The notes beneath the pieces are model-generated. The model saw only the letters and a program-made list of their open reading frames with translations. It did no database searches and was not told the DNA's origin. This document shows, piece by piece, positions 34,434 through 45,932 of a stretch of DNA of 64,000 nt (position 1 is the first letter of the stretch; each line of letters begins with the position of its first letter). The DNA is from Cyanophora paradoxa CCMP329 (Eukaryota; Plantae; Glaucophyta). Position numbers and translations under genes: made by a program. Location: NCBI GenBank assembly GCA_004431415.1, contig QPMI01000412.1:62001-126000 (forward strand), read 5' to 3'.

Positions 34434-37204
34434 CCCGCGTCCGCGGTGTCCTCGAGCGGTGCGCCGCGCCGCCCGCCCGCCCGCCCGCCCGCCGGCCCAC
34501 GGCGCCGGCAGCTACTTCTGCTGGAGCGTGCACATGGAGGCGATCCTGCGCGACGTCGCCAGCGCGATGCCCTACGCCTCCCGCCAGCCGCCCCCCGCCG
34601 AGCCCCTCGCCTCCCCCTCCCGCGTGCGCCCCCGCCGTTCCCCGCCCCCCCCGCCCCCGCAGCGCCGACCGCGCCTCACATACGCCGGCCGGCCCGGCCC
34701 CCGCAGGTGTACATCGTGGGGGTCAGCACGGGCCAGACGCCGATCGCGTGCCGGCCGGTGGAGCGGGGGACGCCGCAGAAACGGCAGGAGCAGGCGTGCG
34801 AGCCGGCGGAGCTGCCGGAGGGCCTGCGCGCGAGCGGCAAGGAGGAGCTCCTCGTCTCGATCTCGGGGCAGCTCTGGGAGCTGATCGGGCGGGAGGGGGC
34901 CCTCCTCGACGCCTTCTGCGACCTCGCGCGGGAGCGCACGGAGCTGCGCGCCGCCATCGCGCGCCTGCAGGCCGAGCACGGCACGATCATGGCCCTCGTC
35001 GAGACGCTGCGGCGGGACTGCGAGGGCCTCGCCTCTCAGGCGCGGCGCATGCGGGAGGAGCGGGACGCGGCGCAGGACGAGCGGGCGCTGCTCGTCGCCG
35101 CGAACACGGACCTGCGCAAGGCCGCCGCCGCGCTGGAGAGCCGCAGCGCCTCGCTCGAGGCGCGCCTGATGGAGGGCGAGGCGGCCTCCCGCGGCGGGGC
35201 CGAGGCGGCGGCGCCGGGCGCCGCCGCCGCCGAAGCGGAGGCCCTCGAGCGCGCCCGCCGCCGCGCGGAGGAGGAGCGCACTGAGGCCCTGCAGAGGCGC
35301 GCCGCCCGCCCCGCCCCGCCCCGCGCGACGGCGGCGGCCTGACGCCGGGGCGCGGCGCGGCAGGCTGGAGCGGGCGCGGCGGGAGAGCGAGGAGCGCTCG
35401 CTGGAGATCCGGCGCCTGCGGGAGGAGCGCGAGACGGCGGGGCGGCGGGCGCAGGCGGCGGTGGAGGCGCGGCGGAGCCTGGCGGAGAAGCTCGACGCGG
35501 CGCAGCGGCAGGCGGACCAGCGGGCCGGCGGGCGGAGGAGCTGGAGGCGCGGCTGCGGCGGGCGGAGGAGGACCGGAGGGCGCTGGAGGCGGCGCTGGAG
35601 GAGCAGGCGGGGGAGCGGGAGCGGGCGCTGCGGGAGAAAGAGCGGGCGGAGGCGGCGCTGCGGCACCTGCGCGGCATCGCCACCAGCGCCTACAACGCCT
35701 CCCCCGACGTCTCCCCGCCCCGCTCCGTCTCCCCGCGCAAGCCCACCCACCGGGAGCGGGAGCGGGAGCTCCCGCCGGCCTGGGGGCCCTCCCTACCCCT
35801 CGACTGGTCCGAGCGCATCGCCAACACGAGCCCCAGCCGGCGCGCCCCGCCCCCTGCCCGCCGCGCTCCGCCCGCTGACGCGGCGCGCAGCGTCCGCTTC
35901 GCGTCGTCTTTGGCTGCCCCGCCGCAGGCCCCGGCGCCGCCTCCGCCGCCGCCGCCGCCGGCGCCGGCCCCGGCCCGGTCCCCGCAAGCAGCGCGTCGGC
36001 GGCGGCTGCTGCCCGCGACGCCGTGCTCGCCCTGCGCCGGTGCGCCGCGCCCCGCCGAGTCGCATCGCGGGTGCCGCCTGACGGGCCGCAGGGAGGAGGC
36101 CGCGCGCGCAGCCGAGGCGGCGCGCGCCGCGGAGACGGCCCGCGCGCTCGAGGCGGCGCGGGCGGAGGCGGCGCGCGCCGCGCAGGCGCCGCTGCCCGTG
36201 CCGGCGATCGCGTCGAAGTCGCGCGGGGTCGCCGGCTTCGTGCCCGCCCCGTCAGCGGCGGCCGCCACGGTGCGATCTGCCGCCCCTGCAGCCTCTCTCC
36301 CCCGCCGGCGGCGCGAGCGGCGGGGCCCCGCGCAGCTGCGGGGCTCGGGGTCGTACGTGTCGACGCGGATCTCGGCCCCCACGGCGGCGGCGGAGGAGGC
36401 GAAGGCATTCGTCCCATCGCCAACCGCCACGGCTCCTGCGTGCGCATGCGCCCGGGACGGGCCGCGCCCGGCCACCCCCGGCTCCGCGCCGAGCGTCGGG
36501 GCGGGCGCAGTGCTTCAAGACGAGCGGAGGGCGGAGGCGGCGCAGGCGTGCGTGGCGTGCGGGCGGGCGGGCTGCCAGGAGCTGGAGGGGCCCCGCCCCC
36601 GCGCGGCGCCGCCGGCCCGGCGCGAAGGCGGCCAGCGACGACGAGGCCTTCGCCGTGCGCCCCGCCCGCCCGTGCCGCCGGCCCCGCGCGGCCGGCCCGG
36701 CCGACGCCGGCGCGCGGGCGCAGTCGACGCGGCGGGAGGAGCGGACGCGGCGGAAGGTGAGCAACGAGATCGTCGCCGGCGCCGAGTACGCCGCCTACGC
36801 CCGCGAGGTGCGCGGGCGCGCGCGAGCGGGGCCCGTGGCCTGGCCCGCACCTCCTCACCTCACGCCACCCGGGCGGCAGTGGGCGCGCGAGGGGCGGCCT
36901 CGGCGCGGCGCGGGGCGTGGAGGGCGCGATGCTGGTGGAGGTCACGGGCGCGTCGCTCAAGCCGACGTCGACGATCGTCTCCCGAACCGCATCCTCTCCA
37001 ACCGTGCGGCCCGGCGAGGCGGCCCGGCAGAGGCGGGCCCTCGCTGAGCCGAGGGGCGGGGGCAGGGATCGAGGAGGTGAACTCGGCGCTGGCGAAGCTG
37101 GTGGCGAGCCCCACGCGGGCGCCCGTCGCGGGGCGCGCCTCGGCCTCCTCCACCTCCACCATCCCGACGAGATCTGGGGCATCCCCCGCTACCCCGGCCT
37201 CTAG
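34434..37204 (+). pseudogene. 5'-truncated, frameshifted copy of the coiled-coil gene
   Basis: Starts mid-exon at the junction and has multiple 1-nt indels relative to 28297-31076. Confidence 0.6.
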
Positions 37205-40200
37205 CCTCCCCTCCTTTCCCTGCCCTGGGGCTCGTCGCCCTTCATGGCCAGTGGATAGCTTGAAGCGGGCGCCGCGGTTACACAGTCGGCGCCCCATAAA
37301 GTACACAGCGCGTTTCCGCGCTATCGCAGTGGCATGCTCTCCCCTGCACCCCGTAATGTAAAGCAACGGAGAGCGGTTTGGTTCAGAACAGAAAGGGGCG
37401 CTGCCCGGCGAGGCGCACGGTGCGCGTGCGGGGCGGGGGCTAGCGCTTGGAGGAGGGGCGCGGGATGCGGCTCCCCGGCGTCGCGGCGGGCCCCGCCTTG
37501 GCGGCCCCAGACGGCGTCGCTGGCGTTCCGGGGGCGGCGGCGGCGGGCCGCGCGGCGGCGGGCGTGCTGGGGTCGCCGGCACGGAGGCGGCGGCGGAGGG
37601 GCGGGCGGGGTCGAGGGCGCCGGCGGGGCGGCGCCTGCGGGTCGAGTCGCTTCCTTCTTCGCAGGCGTCGCTGCCGGCGTCCGCCCCGCCAGTGGCGCGC
37701 GGGCGAGGCCGCCACCGCGGGGCCTTGCGCGTGGCCGCGGGCTCCCCGCCGGCGGGGCCAGAGCGGGCCGCGCGGCGGCCGGGGCGGGCCGCGCGGGGAG
37801 TAGGTGGGGATGCGGGAGCCGGGGAGGCCGGCTTGCCCGCGGGGACATCGGGAGAGGGAGGAGGGGAGGAGGGCCCCGAGGGACGGCGATGCGCCGCCCC
37901 GCGCGGGCGACGGTGGCGGCGGCCCCGGCGCCGACGGCGGCGAAGGCCGTCGCTGCGGCCTCGCCGATGGGCACGGGGGCCCAGCCGTCGGCGTACATCG
38001 GCGTGCACGCCCCCGAGCCGCCGGCAGAGCTTAGCTCCAGCGACCGCCGCATGTCTGCCGGCGGCTCAGGGGGCGGCGGGCGGGGAGCGGCGGGGCCGGC
38101 CGGCGCACCGAGCAGGGGCGTGTTGCTGCAGACAGAGGCAGTGGCCACCGAGGCCGGGCCGCTCGGGTAGTAGCCCATCCCCCTGGCGGCGGGTGAGGGG
38201 CGCCTGGCGGGGCGGGGCGGGGCGGGGCAGGGCGGACGCGGAGGCGAGCGGGGCCATGTCGGCCTCGGTGAGGGGCGCGCTGAGGTCGTCCTCGTCATCG
38301 GTGTGCGTCGGGGGCGGCCCCTCGTCGTCGTCGTCGCGGGCCTGCAGCAGGGCGCCCTGCAGCTCCGTCGAGCCGCACGACTCGCGGATGAAGCGCTCGT
38401 CGTCCGCCGTCAGGCCCCCGCTCAGGTCGTCCTCCAGCCCCGCCTCCGCCGGCGGCGGCGGCGACTCCGACCGCAGCAGCGGCGGCGGCCCGTCGCTCGG
38501 GCGCCACACGCCGGGCTCCTCCACCCCGAAGAGCTGCGAGGGGCTCAGGCGGGCCTTCAAAACGGGGCGGGGGCGGGCGCACGTCCTCTGGGGGCGGCGA
38601 GAGGGTGGTGCGGACGATGGTGCGGCCGCTGGCGGCGAAGGGGTCGCCGCTGGAGAGCATGCGGCGCTCGTCCTCGGTGAGGCCCGACCCGAGCAGCTCG
38701 TCGACGGAGCCAAGGGAGCGCCCCGAAGCCGACGCCACCGTCGGCATCAGCAGCGCCGGCCCTCGCTCGCCGTCCGCCCCAGCAGCGGCCCGGCGAGTCC
38801 GCCCCGGCCTTCGCAGGCGTCGCCTCCTCCTTGGCGCGGGGCGAGCGGGGGCGGGGAGCTGGGCGGCGGCGGTGTGGGCGAGCGCCGCGCGGGCGAGTCG
38901 CCGCGCGGGGAGGTCCTCGGGATGCGGCCCCGGGGAGACGCGGCCGGCCTGCGGGCCCGCGCGGGGCGACGCGCCCGGAGACGTCTTCTTCCGCCCGCCT
39001 CCTCCTCCGCCGCCGCCGCCGCCGCCGCCGCGAGGGCGGGGCCCAGCGGCGGGACCGGCGGGCGCGGGGGCAGGCCCGGGGCGAGACCATCGCATCGGGG
39101 CCGGCGGGCTCCGCGGCGGCACGCTCGGGCTCCGCATCCACGCGCTGCTTCTGAGGCGGGGGCTCCCGCGTCGGCGGGACTTCCTCGGCGGCGGCCTCGT
39201 CGCTCTCCCGCTGCCGCCGCTTCGCCGGCGATGCTGCAGCCGCCGAGGCGGCCGCCGGAGAGCGCTCGGCGCTCGGGTCCCGCCTCGCCGCCGGCTTGAC
39301 GGGCGACGGCTCGCGCTTCGGGACGGGGGGCTTGGCAGGAGTGCTCTCAACGGCCGGCTTGGCGGGAGAGCGCTCGGCGCTCGGGTCCCGCCTCGCCGCC
39401 GGCTTGGCGGGCGACGGCTCGCGCTTCGGGACGGGGGGCTTGGCAGGAGAGCTCTCAACGGCCGGCTTGGCGGGAGAGCGCTCGGCGCTCGGATCCCGCC
39501 TCGCCGCCGGCTTGACGGGCGAAGGCTCGCGCTTGGGACCGGGGCTTGGCAGGAGAGCTCTCGACGGCGGGCTTGGCGGGAGAGCGCTCGGCGCTCGGGT
39601 CCCGCCTCGCCGCCGGCTTGACGGGCGACGGCTCGCGCTTGGCGGCTGCAGGTTTGACCGGGAGCTCTCGACGGCGGCTTGGCGGAGAGCGCTCAGTGCT
39701 CGGATCGCGCTTGCCGGCGGACGGCGCGGCCGCGGGGAGCGTTCGGCCGACGGATCACGCTTCGACGCCTGCTTGGCGGGCGAGGCAACCTTCTTCTGCT
39801 TGTCGGGCGTCGCGGGCGGCTGCGGGGCAGGCTCGCTGTACGGCTCGAAGCTGTGCCCGGCGGCCTTGGCGGCGCCGGCGCTCTTCTTCTCCGCCTTCTT
39901 CTCCTTCTCCTTCTCCTTGGCGCCGGCCTTCTTCGCGGTCTCCTTCTTCTTTTCTGCGGGGGCGGCCCCGGGGGTGGCGTCCTCCTGGGCGGTGTCCTGG
40001 TGGCGGCCGTGCTTGGCCGGAAGCTCGGCGGACGAGCCGATGGAGGTGCTGGACGCCAGCGCTGGCGGCGACAAGCTGCGCTTCCGCTGGAGCAGCGGCT
40101 TGTCCTCCGCCTCCGAGCCCGCGTTCTCCTGCGCCTTCGAGCGTCGCGCCGCCGCCCGCTTCTTCGCCGAGTCGACGGCGGCCGGAACCACGCAGGCCGC

Positions 40201-40498
40201 CTCCAAGAACTCCAGAGAAGTTACGGGCGGGATGCACCGCGCGGCGTCGTCAACTGCGGAGGCCGCCGCGGGGCTCTGCTCCTGCCGCCAAGAGGGCGGT
40301 CCCGCCGGCAGTGTGGGTGACTCGGCAACTGCCGATCGAATGGCGTCAAGAAAAGAGCGAATACACACTTTCTGCACGAAGCCTCGCACCTGGAAAGAAG
40401 ACCGAGCTGGAGACGAGCTCGCCATCTTTCTCCGGCTCTGTGCCGACCGACAGCCCTGCACGCCCGCTGCTGCTTCGCTCCGCAGTGGACAGCGGCGG
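34434..40498. repeat. Copy 2 of the ~6.1 kb tandem duplication
   Basis: Differs from copy 1 almost only by 1-nt indels in G/C runs. Confidence 0.97.
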
Positions 40499-40955
40499 GG
40501 CGCTGCTGGCGAACGTGTCCGCAGAGCCCGCAGCCGCGATGGACGAAGCGCCAGCGAGCATTGTGACGGCCGGCGCCGCTGCCGGCACGAGCACGGTCTC
40601 GGCGTCCAGCTCAAGGTCAACATCTTCGACCTTAGCGAGTGCCCTAGCCCCGCCGCGCGCGCTGCGAGTGTGAAACGGTCAAGCGCGGCAATGTTTTCAA
40701 ATCAGCTCTGTTCAGGCGCACCCAGCTTCAGCGAACGTTGGGCTGCTTGCGCCACTCAGCGGCCCGAGCGACGTAGGCTGATCGAGAGCCGCTCAGCAAC
40801 GCACGGCGCGCGGCGCGGTGGCAGAGAGGTCAGACCTCGTCGAGGGACCGGACTGATTCGGCATCATCTTCCGAACGGAACAAGGAACAGCATAGGCAGT
40901 CCGAGCTCCCGCCGCGGTTCGCCCCCTCCACGAGCTTCGACAGCACGGTGCCCAT
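37440..40955 (-). CDS. Ser/Pro/Ala/Lys-rich disordered protein with predicted N-myristoylation/palmitoylation and SxIP motifs
   Basis: Exon 1 MGTVLSKLVEGANRGGSSDCLCCSLF.. splices in frame through three introns to VAESPTLPAG... C-terminal GSRIPTYSP and GSRIPRPSSKR*. Indels break the frame in this copy. Confidence 0.65.
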
Positions 40956-41132
40956 GTCGAGCTGGCAGGCTCCGAGAGGCCGGCAAGAATCCGCGCCCGC
41001 TTAAAGAGGCCGGCGCAGAGCCATGCCACGGCGGGGCCTCATACTGGCCCTCTGGTCGCTCCGGACCTGCCGACAATTCGCCAGCGTACCCCCTCTCGGC
41101 CGGTCAAGTCCGGGTCAACGTTAACGGCGGTC

Positions 41133-41933
41133 ATGTTTCTCTCCGCGCTTCTGCCGCGTCTCCTTTGCCTTCTCTGCCTCCTCTGCCTCGTGTCCGGCAG
41201 CGCGTTGGCAACCTCGCGCTGGTGAATTCGCGCTTAATCCCTGCGCGACCTTGCCGTCGGCTCATGAAATCGTTGGACGTCTTGCGCAGGTACGCGGATG
41301 CTGGCTGCACGCTCGAGAAACAGGTTCGAGCGCTTCCGCCGCCTCACGTTTAGCGCGCGCATTTCTCTCGGGCGGTCGCCGCGCGCGCAGTTCACGCTAA
41401 ACGCGACTCTTGACTGGCAGTTCATATTCCTCGCCGTACGCGCTGCCACCGTGCCGACCCGTTCTCGCGCAGAGCCCACCCGCGATTCAGCTGCAGTTCC
41501 TGCACGAGGCGTGCTACAACGTCTCATCGCTGCCTGGCGAGACGGTGCTTGATGAGAAGATGTCGGCATCGCATCGGCCGCTGCACAACAACCCGTATCG
41601 CCCCCGGGAGTCCGCCGTCCTCGGCCGCATCCCGCTGGGCACTCGCGGCGTCCAGTTGCGCTGCGCAGGCGAAGTTTTTCTGCGGGTGCTTCGGCAGCTG
41701 TCTGATTCTTTTGGATGGCATCCATATGTTGTCTTGAGTACGCGCTGGCTGATGTCGAGGTATTGCGGGCGCAGGAGTTTTTCGCCGACGAGTCCTGTTC
41801 ACCCAGCCGATTTTTGCTGGAGAGCCGGTGCGCTTCGACCCCAATCGATATCGATCACCTGAAGCTGTCGTTCGGCCTACACGTGCACTGAACTCTTGCA
41901 TCAGGACTCCGTCGACCTGTAGGGCCCTCCTAG
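41133..41933 (+). CDS. Small Cys-containing putative secreted protein
   Basis: Signal-peptide-like MFLSALLPRLLCLLCLLCLVSGSALA followed by in-frame exons WYADAGCTLEKQ, FTLNATLDWQFIFLA and FLHEACYNVSSLPGET. The 3' exons and stop are uncertain. Confidence 0.5.
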
Positions 41934-42173
41934 ACAGCGGCGGACGCGCCACTGGGTTCTCGAGGTTATGCTGCACGAACGATGTCTTTTGAGTTCTACA
42001 TCTACTACACTAGTGACAGAACAGCCTGGCAGCTTTCATCGTAAACAAGCTGGACTTCCAGTCTGATATAAGACCTGAGCTAAACGAAAGTGGAAAGCGA
42101 GGACAAAGTCCTGAAGGGGGCGGGCCCCTGCTAAGCACTCAAATCCAGAAACGTCCAATACTTATCGCGCCTG

Positions 42174-43311
42174 CTAAGCGACCGGCGCGTGCAGAACGGG
42201 CTCTTCCACGGCGACGCCCGGCAGGAGGGTGGCCTGCAGCGGGGCGAGACCGAAGCTGACGGGCGGGACGAACGGGGCGCCCTTGGGGAAGGGGAGGGAG
42301 GTGGGGAGGGGCTCGGCGGCGGCGGCGGCGACGTCGCAGGGGACTTGGCCGTTGGGGAGGACGCGGCGCAGCAGCGACACGAGGGCGGCGTTCTCCGCCC
42401 GCACCTGCGGCCCGGCGCGCTCAGCGGGCGGAGGCGGTGGCCAGCGGCGCAGAGGCCGGCGCGAACCTTGTCGGCGTCGGCCTTGAGATCGGCGTTGTGC
42501 TTGCGCAGCGCGGCGATGGTGCTCATGCTGTGCTCGAGCACCGACAGCTTGTCGACACGCACGCCCAGCATCGCGCCCAGCTGGTTGAACCGCTCGTTCC
42601 TACCCGCCCCGCATTAGCCGCCCGCCAACGCGCGCGGGCGCCCGCGATGCTCACAGATCGTTGCGGCGGAGCTTCTCGCGGTGCGCCTTGTTCTCTCTCC
42701 TGCCGGAGTCCGTGGGAGTCCGCATCGCAGCCGGAGCCGCGGTGGCCAGGCTCGGCATGGGCGGAAGCAGAGGGGGGAGCTGGATAGGGGAAAGCTGATT
42801 CATCGCGGGCTGATGTGCAGCGGCGGGGAGGATAGGCTGGAGGCGGAGCGCCCTGCGCCAGCAAAGGCGTCAGCGAAGCAGTGTTCAACTTGAAACCAAC
42901 GCCGAGGCGCACGAGAGGGGCGCAGCCGCTTCGCTTGGGACGCTTTCAACCGAAGCTTCGCCGGGAGAACGCTGGTCTGCGGAGTGGCTGCAAGCCAGGA
43001 TGGAATTCGTCAAGATTCGGTCAGATCCGAAATGCGGTCGGGCGTGGACGGACTCGGGCGACCGGATGGGCTCGTTGAAGATGTTCCAGTCGAGCGGGGC
43101 AATCGGCGAGAGAGGCAGACCGACCTCCAGCTGGATGTCGTCGAACGCCCCAACACACGGGGCAGCCTCCGCACGCACGGCCTCGAACGCCGGCGCGGGC
43201 TCCTGCACGAACGCATATCTTCATGGTCCGGCGAGCTGCGATCAAGACAGTAGCGCTCACCAGGCTTTGACCGAGGAGGACCTCGTGAAGGTCATCCATG
43301 GTCGGCTCCAT
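42174..43311 (-). CDS. bHLH-leucine zipper transcription factor resembling plant subgroup IVc (ILR3/bHLH105-like)
   Basis: Spliced NKAHREKLRRNDL|NERFNQLGAMLGVRVDKLSVLEHSMSTIAALRKHNADLKADADK|VRAENAAL; C-terminus EEPVLHAPVA*. Confidence 0.85.
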
Positions 43312-43994
43312 CACCGCTGCAGGGGCCGCCGGTCAAGGGCCTGTAAATGCGATGAAAGACACACGGGGTGGAAGATTGGGCGGGGCGAGAGGAGCTGGCG
43401 ACGCCTGTCCTAGCTTGCCGCCCCGCGGCTGATCACCGTGCGCGCGGGTCTGCACGCCCCGAGAACCTCCACGAGCTACTGGTGCGGGGAGAGGACGAAC
43501 CACTGCGCCGCCCCGGCGTTCGCTGCTTCGCTGATTGGCGTCCCGGGTACGCGAACGAAACGATCTCTTGGGGGAGGGGGGGAAGATCGGGAGGGACGTC
43601 GACGTCGGAGCGAGCTCGAGGCGCCTAGGCCTGCGAGGGCGCCTCGGAGGGAGCGTATACGCCGCATCGACCGAGTGACGTCGACATCGAATTCCGAAGT
43701 TCGACCCGCGGCCGGAGCGGCGCCTGCATGTACATGTGTAAAAACTGTTGCAATGCGTGTAGCTATAGCTGCAGCTCCGGATCCGCGGCGCAGCGCAGGT
43801 ATACGTGTGCTCTTCACACCGCATCAACTAGCTATAAATTATTTACTCCGATCCGCCGCGGAGCCACACCGCCAAAGACTCTGTCGCCCTTGCCCGAGCG
43901 GCGCCAGGTGCTGGCTCGAGCTCCAAAACAGAAGACACGCAAGGCTCGAATGAAACAAAGGGGCGCAGAATGTACAAACAACAGAGGAATGCAT

Positions 43995-45545
43995 CTAGTG
44001 GGAGTTCGGGGTGATCTCCGAGATCTTCACCCACCTGTGCTCGGCGGCGGACCTGACGCGCGGAGGAGCAATTAGGGAGCGGCTCGGCAAGAGAGGGATC
44101 TAGAGCAGCGCACTTGGCGGCGGCCATAGCCATGACGAGGGCCTTGCGGCCGTCGTCGCCAGAGCACTCGACGGGGGCGTCCTTCACGAGGCTGTTGAGG
44201 AACGAAATCGTCTCGTTCTTGTACGCCTCCGTGTACCTTCGCGCGGCACCGTCAGCCGCGGCCTGGCGCGCGGCGGGCTGTGTGCGGCCCGTACCGATCC
44301 ATGAAGAAGTTCAGGGGCAGGTCGCGCTTGAGCTTGTCCGCGCCCCAGTGGTGCACGTTGCTGGCGAAGTTGTTGTCCGACATGAGGGCGCCCGCAGTGC
44401 CGAACACCTCCGCGCGCTGGTCGTAGCCGTAGACCGCCTTGCGGCAGTTGTCGACGGTGACGGTCGCGCCGTTCTCGAAGCGGATGGTCGTCAGCGCAGT
44501 GTCGAAGCACAGCGGCGCTGCGGGCGCCGGGTCAGCGGGAGAGAAATGGAAAAGAAAGGAAACGCGGCTAGAGAGCGTATGCGAGAGCGCACCCGCGAGA
44601 TCCTTGATGCGCGGGTCAACCAGGTTGCTAGCGACAGCCATGATCTCAACAGGCTCGCTGCCGGTCAGGAAGCGGGACATATCGAAGTCGTGGATCGCCT
44701 AGCGCAAACAAGCATTAGCTAAGGAACCCAAGTGACGCGCGCGGGGACCAGGAGGGACTCGATTCGCGCGCACCATGTCCTTGAAGATGCCACCCGACTG
44801 CATGGTGTACTCGACCGGCGGCGGGCCCGGGTCGCGCGAGGTAAGACGAACGCTAATGACATTGCCAGCCTCGCCGGCGACGACGCCCTTCTTGATCCTG
44901 CGGTCGACGCAAACTCAATCACGTTATGACCTGCAGCTGACTAGAAACGCGCTGGCGCGGACAGCCGCGTAACCGCCGTTTTCGCGATGTACGTACCGAG
45001 CGAAGTTCGGGTCGAAACGGCGCTGGAACGCGAGGAAGAGCTTAACGCCGCACTGCTTGACGACACCGAGGGCCTCGTCGACACCAGCAAGATCGGTCGC
45101 GATGGGCTTCTCGACGAACTAAAGTGGCACGGGAATGTTAGAATGACCACGAAAACGCGCGAGGACAGCCCGAGCGGCGCGCTTAGCCCGGACCCAAACA
45201 TGTATGCGGCGCGCAGGCTTACCAGGTGCTTGCCCTTCTGGGCAGCCTCCTTGATAATCTGGGCGTGGGTGTCCGAAGGCGAGCAAACCCAGACCGCCTT
45301 GATGGACGGGTCGTTTAGGATCTCCTTGTAATCAGTCGTGTACTTGGGGATGCGGAAGTCCTCTGCAAGCTTCTTGCACGCGGCCTCGATGACATCGCTG
45401 ACGACGGCGAGATCCGCGAACGGCACGGCGGCCAGCGTCTCGGCGTGGACGCGGCCAATGCGGCCAGCGCCAATCAAGCCGACCTTGATGCCTGCCGACG
45501 CTCGTCAACGCGCGCAGACGACGGGCCAGGCATCGGCGCACTCAT
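43995..45545 (-). CDS. iolG: myo-inositol 2-dehydrogenase (Gfo/Idh/MocA family)
   Basis: GLIGAGRIG; VCSPSDTH; FVEKP; FQRRFDP; TSRDP; SGGIFKDMAIHDFD; YGYDQRAEVFG; FFMDRYTEAY. Confidence 0.9.
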
Positions 45546-45932
45546 GGCTGCTTGCGGGGCGGTCTGGGGCTGGGGCTGAACGGAGTTGACAGGCACGCCT
45601 GGGGTACGTTGCTCGCCGGCCCGCTTGGGTTCCTCGCTGGCTGCCCCTTCTAGCTTCCCTCCTGCAGAAGGGGAGCAACCCATCTGGCGCGCGGAAGCCG
45701 CGGCCAGAGCACGCGAAAGCTGACGTGCAATGCGTCGGCCGGAGGGGGGTTGCGCAAAATCCTCACGCCCGTAACGTCACGTGCGTCAACAGCGCGCGCG
45801 AGCGGCTGCGGCTACTGGTAGTAGCTACGGAGCACGATTCTGCTGCATTGCGACATCGCCTGCCGCAGCGTCGGCCGAGGCGCGCTCACAGCGGTTATGC
45901 GAGCGCTAGCGCTACTGGAGCCCGATCGGGGT

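Noticed and set aside
33183-35342. 719-aa + strand ORF across the duplication junction as a new chimeric gene
   Set aside because: Its first half is the antisense of the repeat-coding exon, and the junction may be an artefact.
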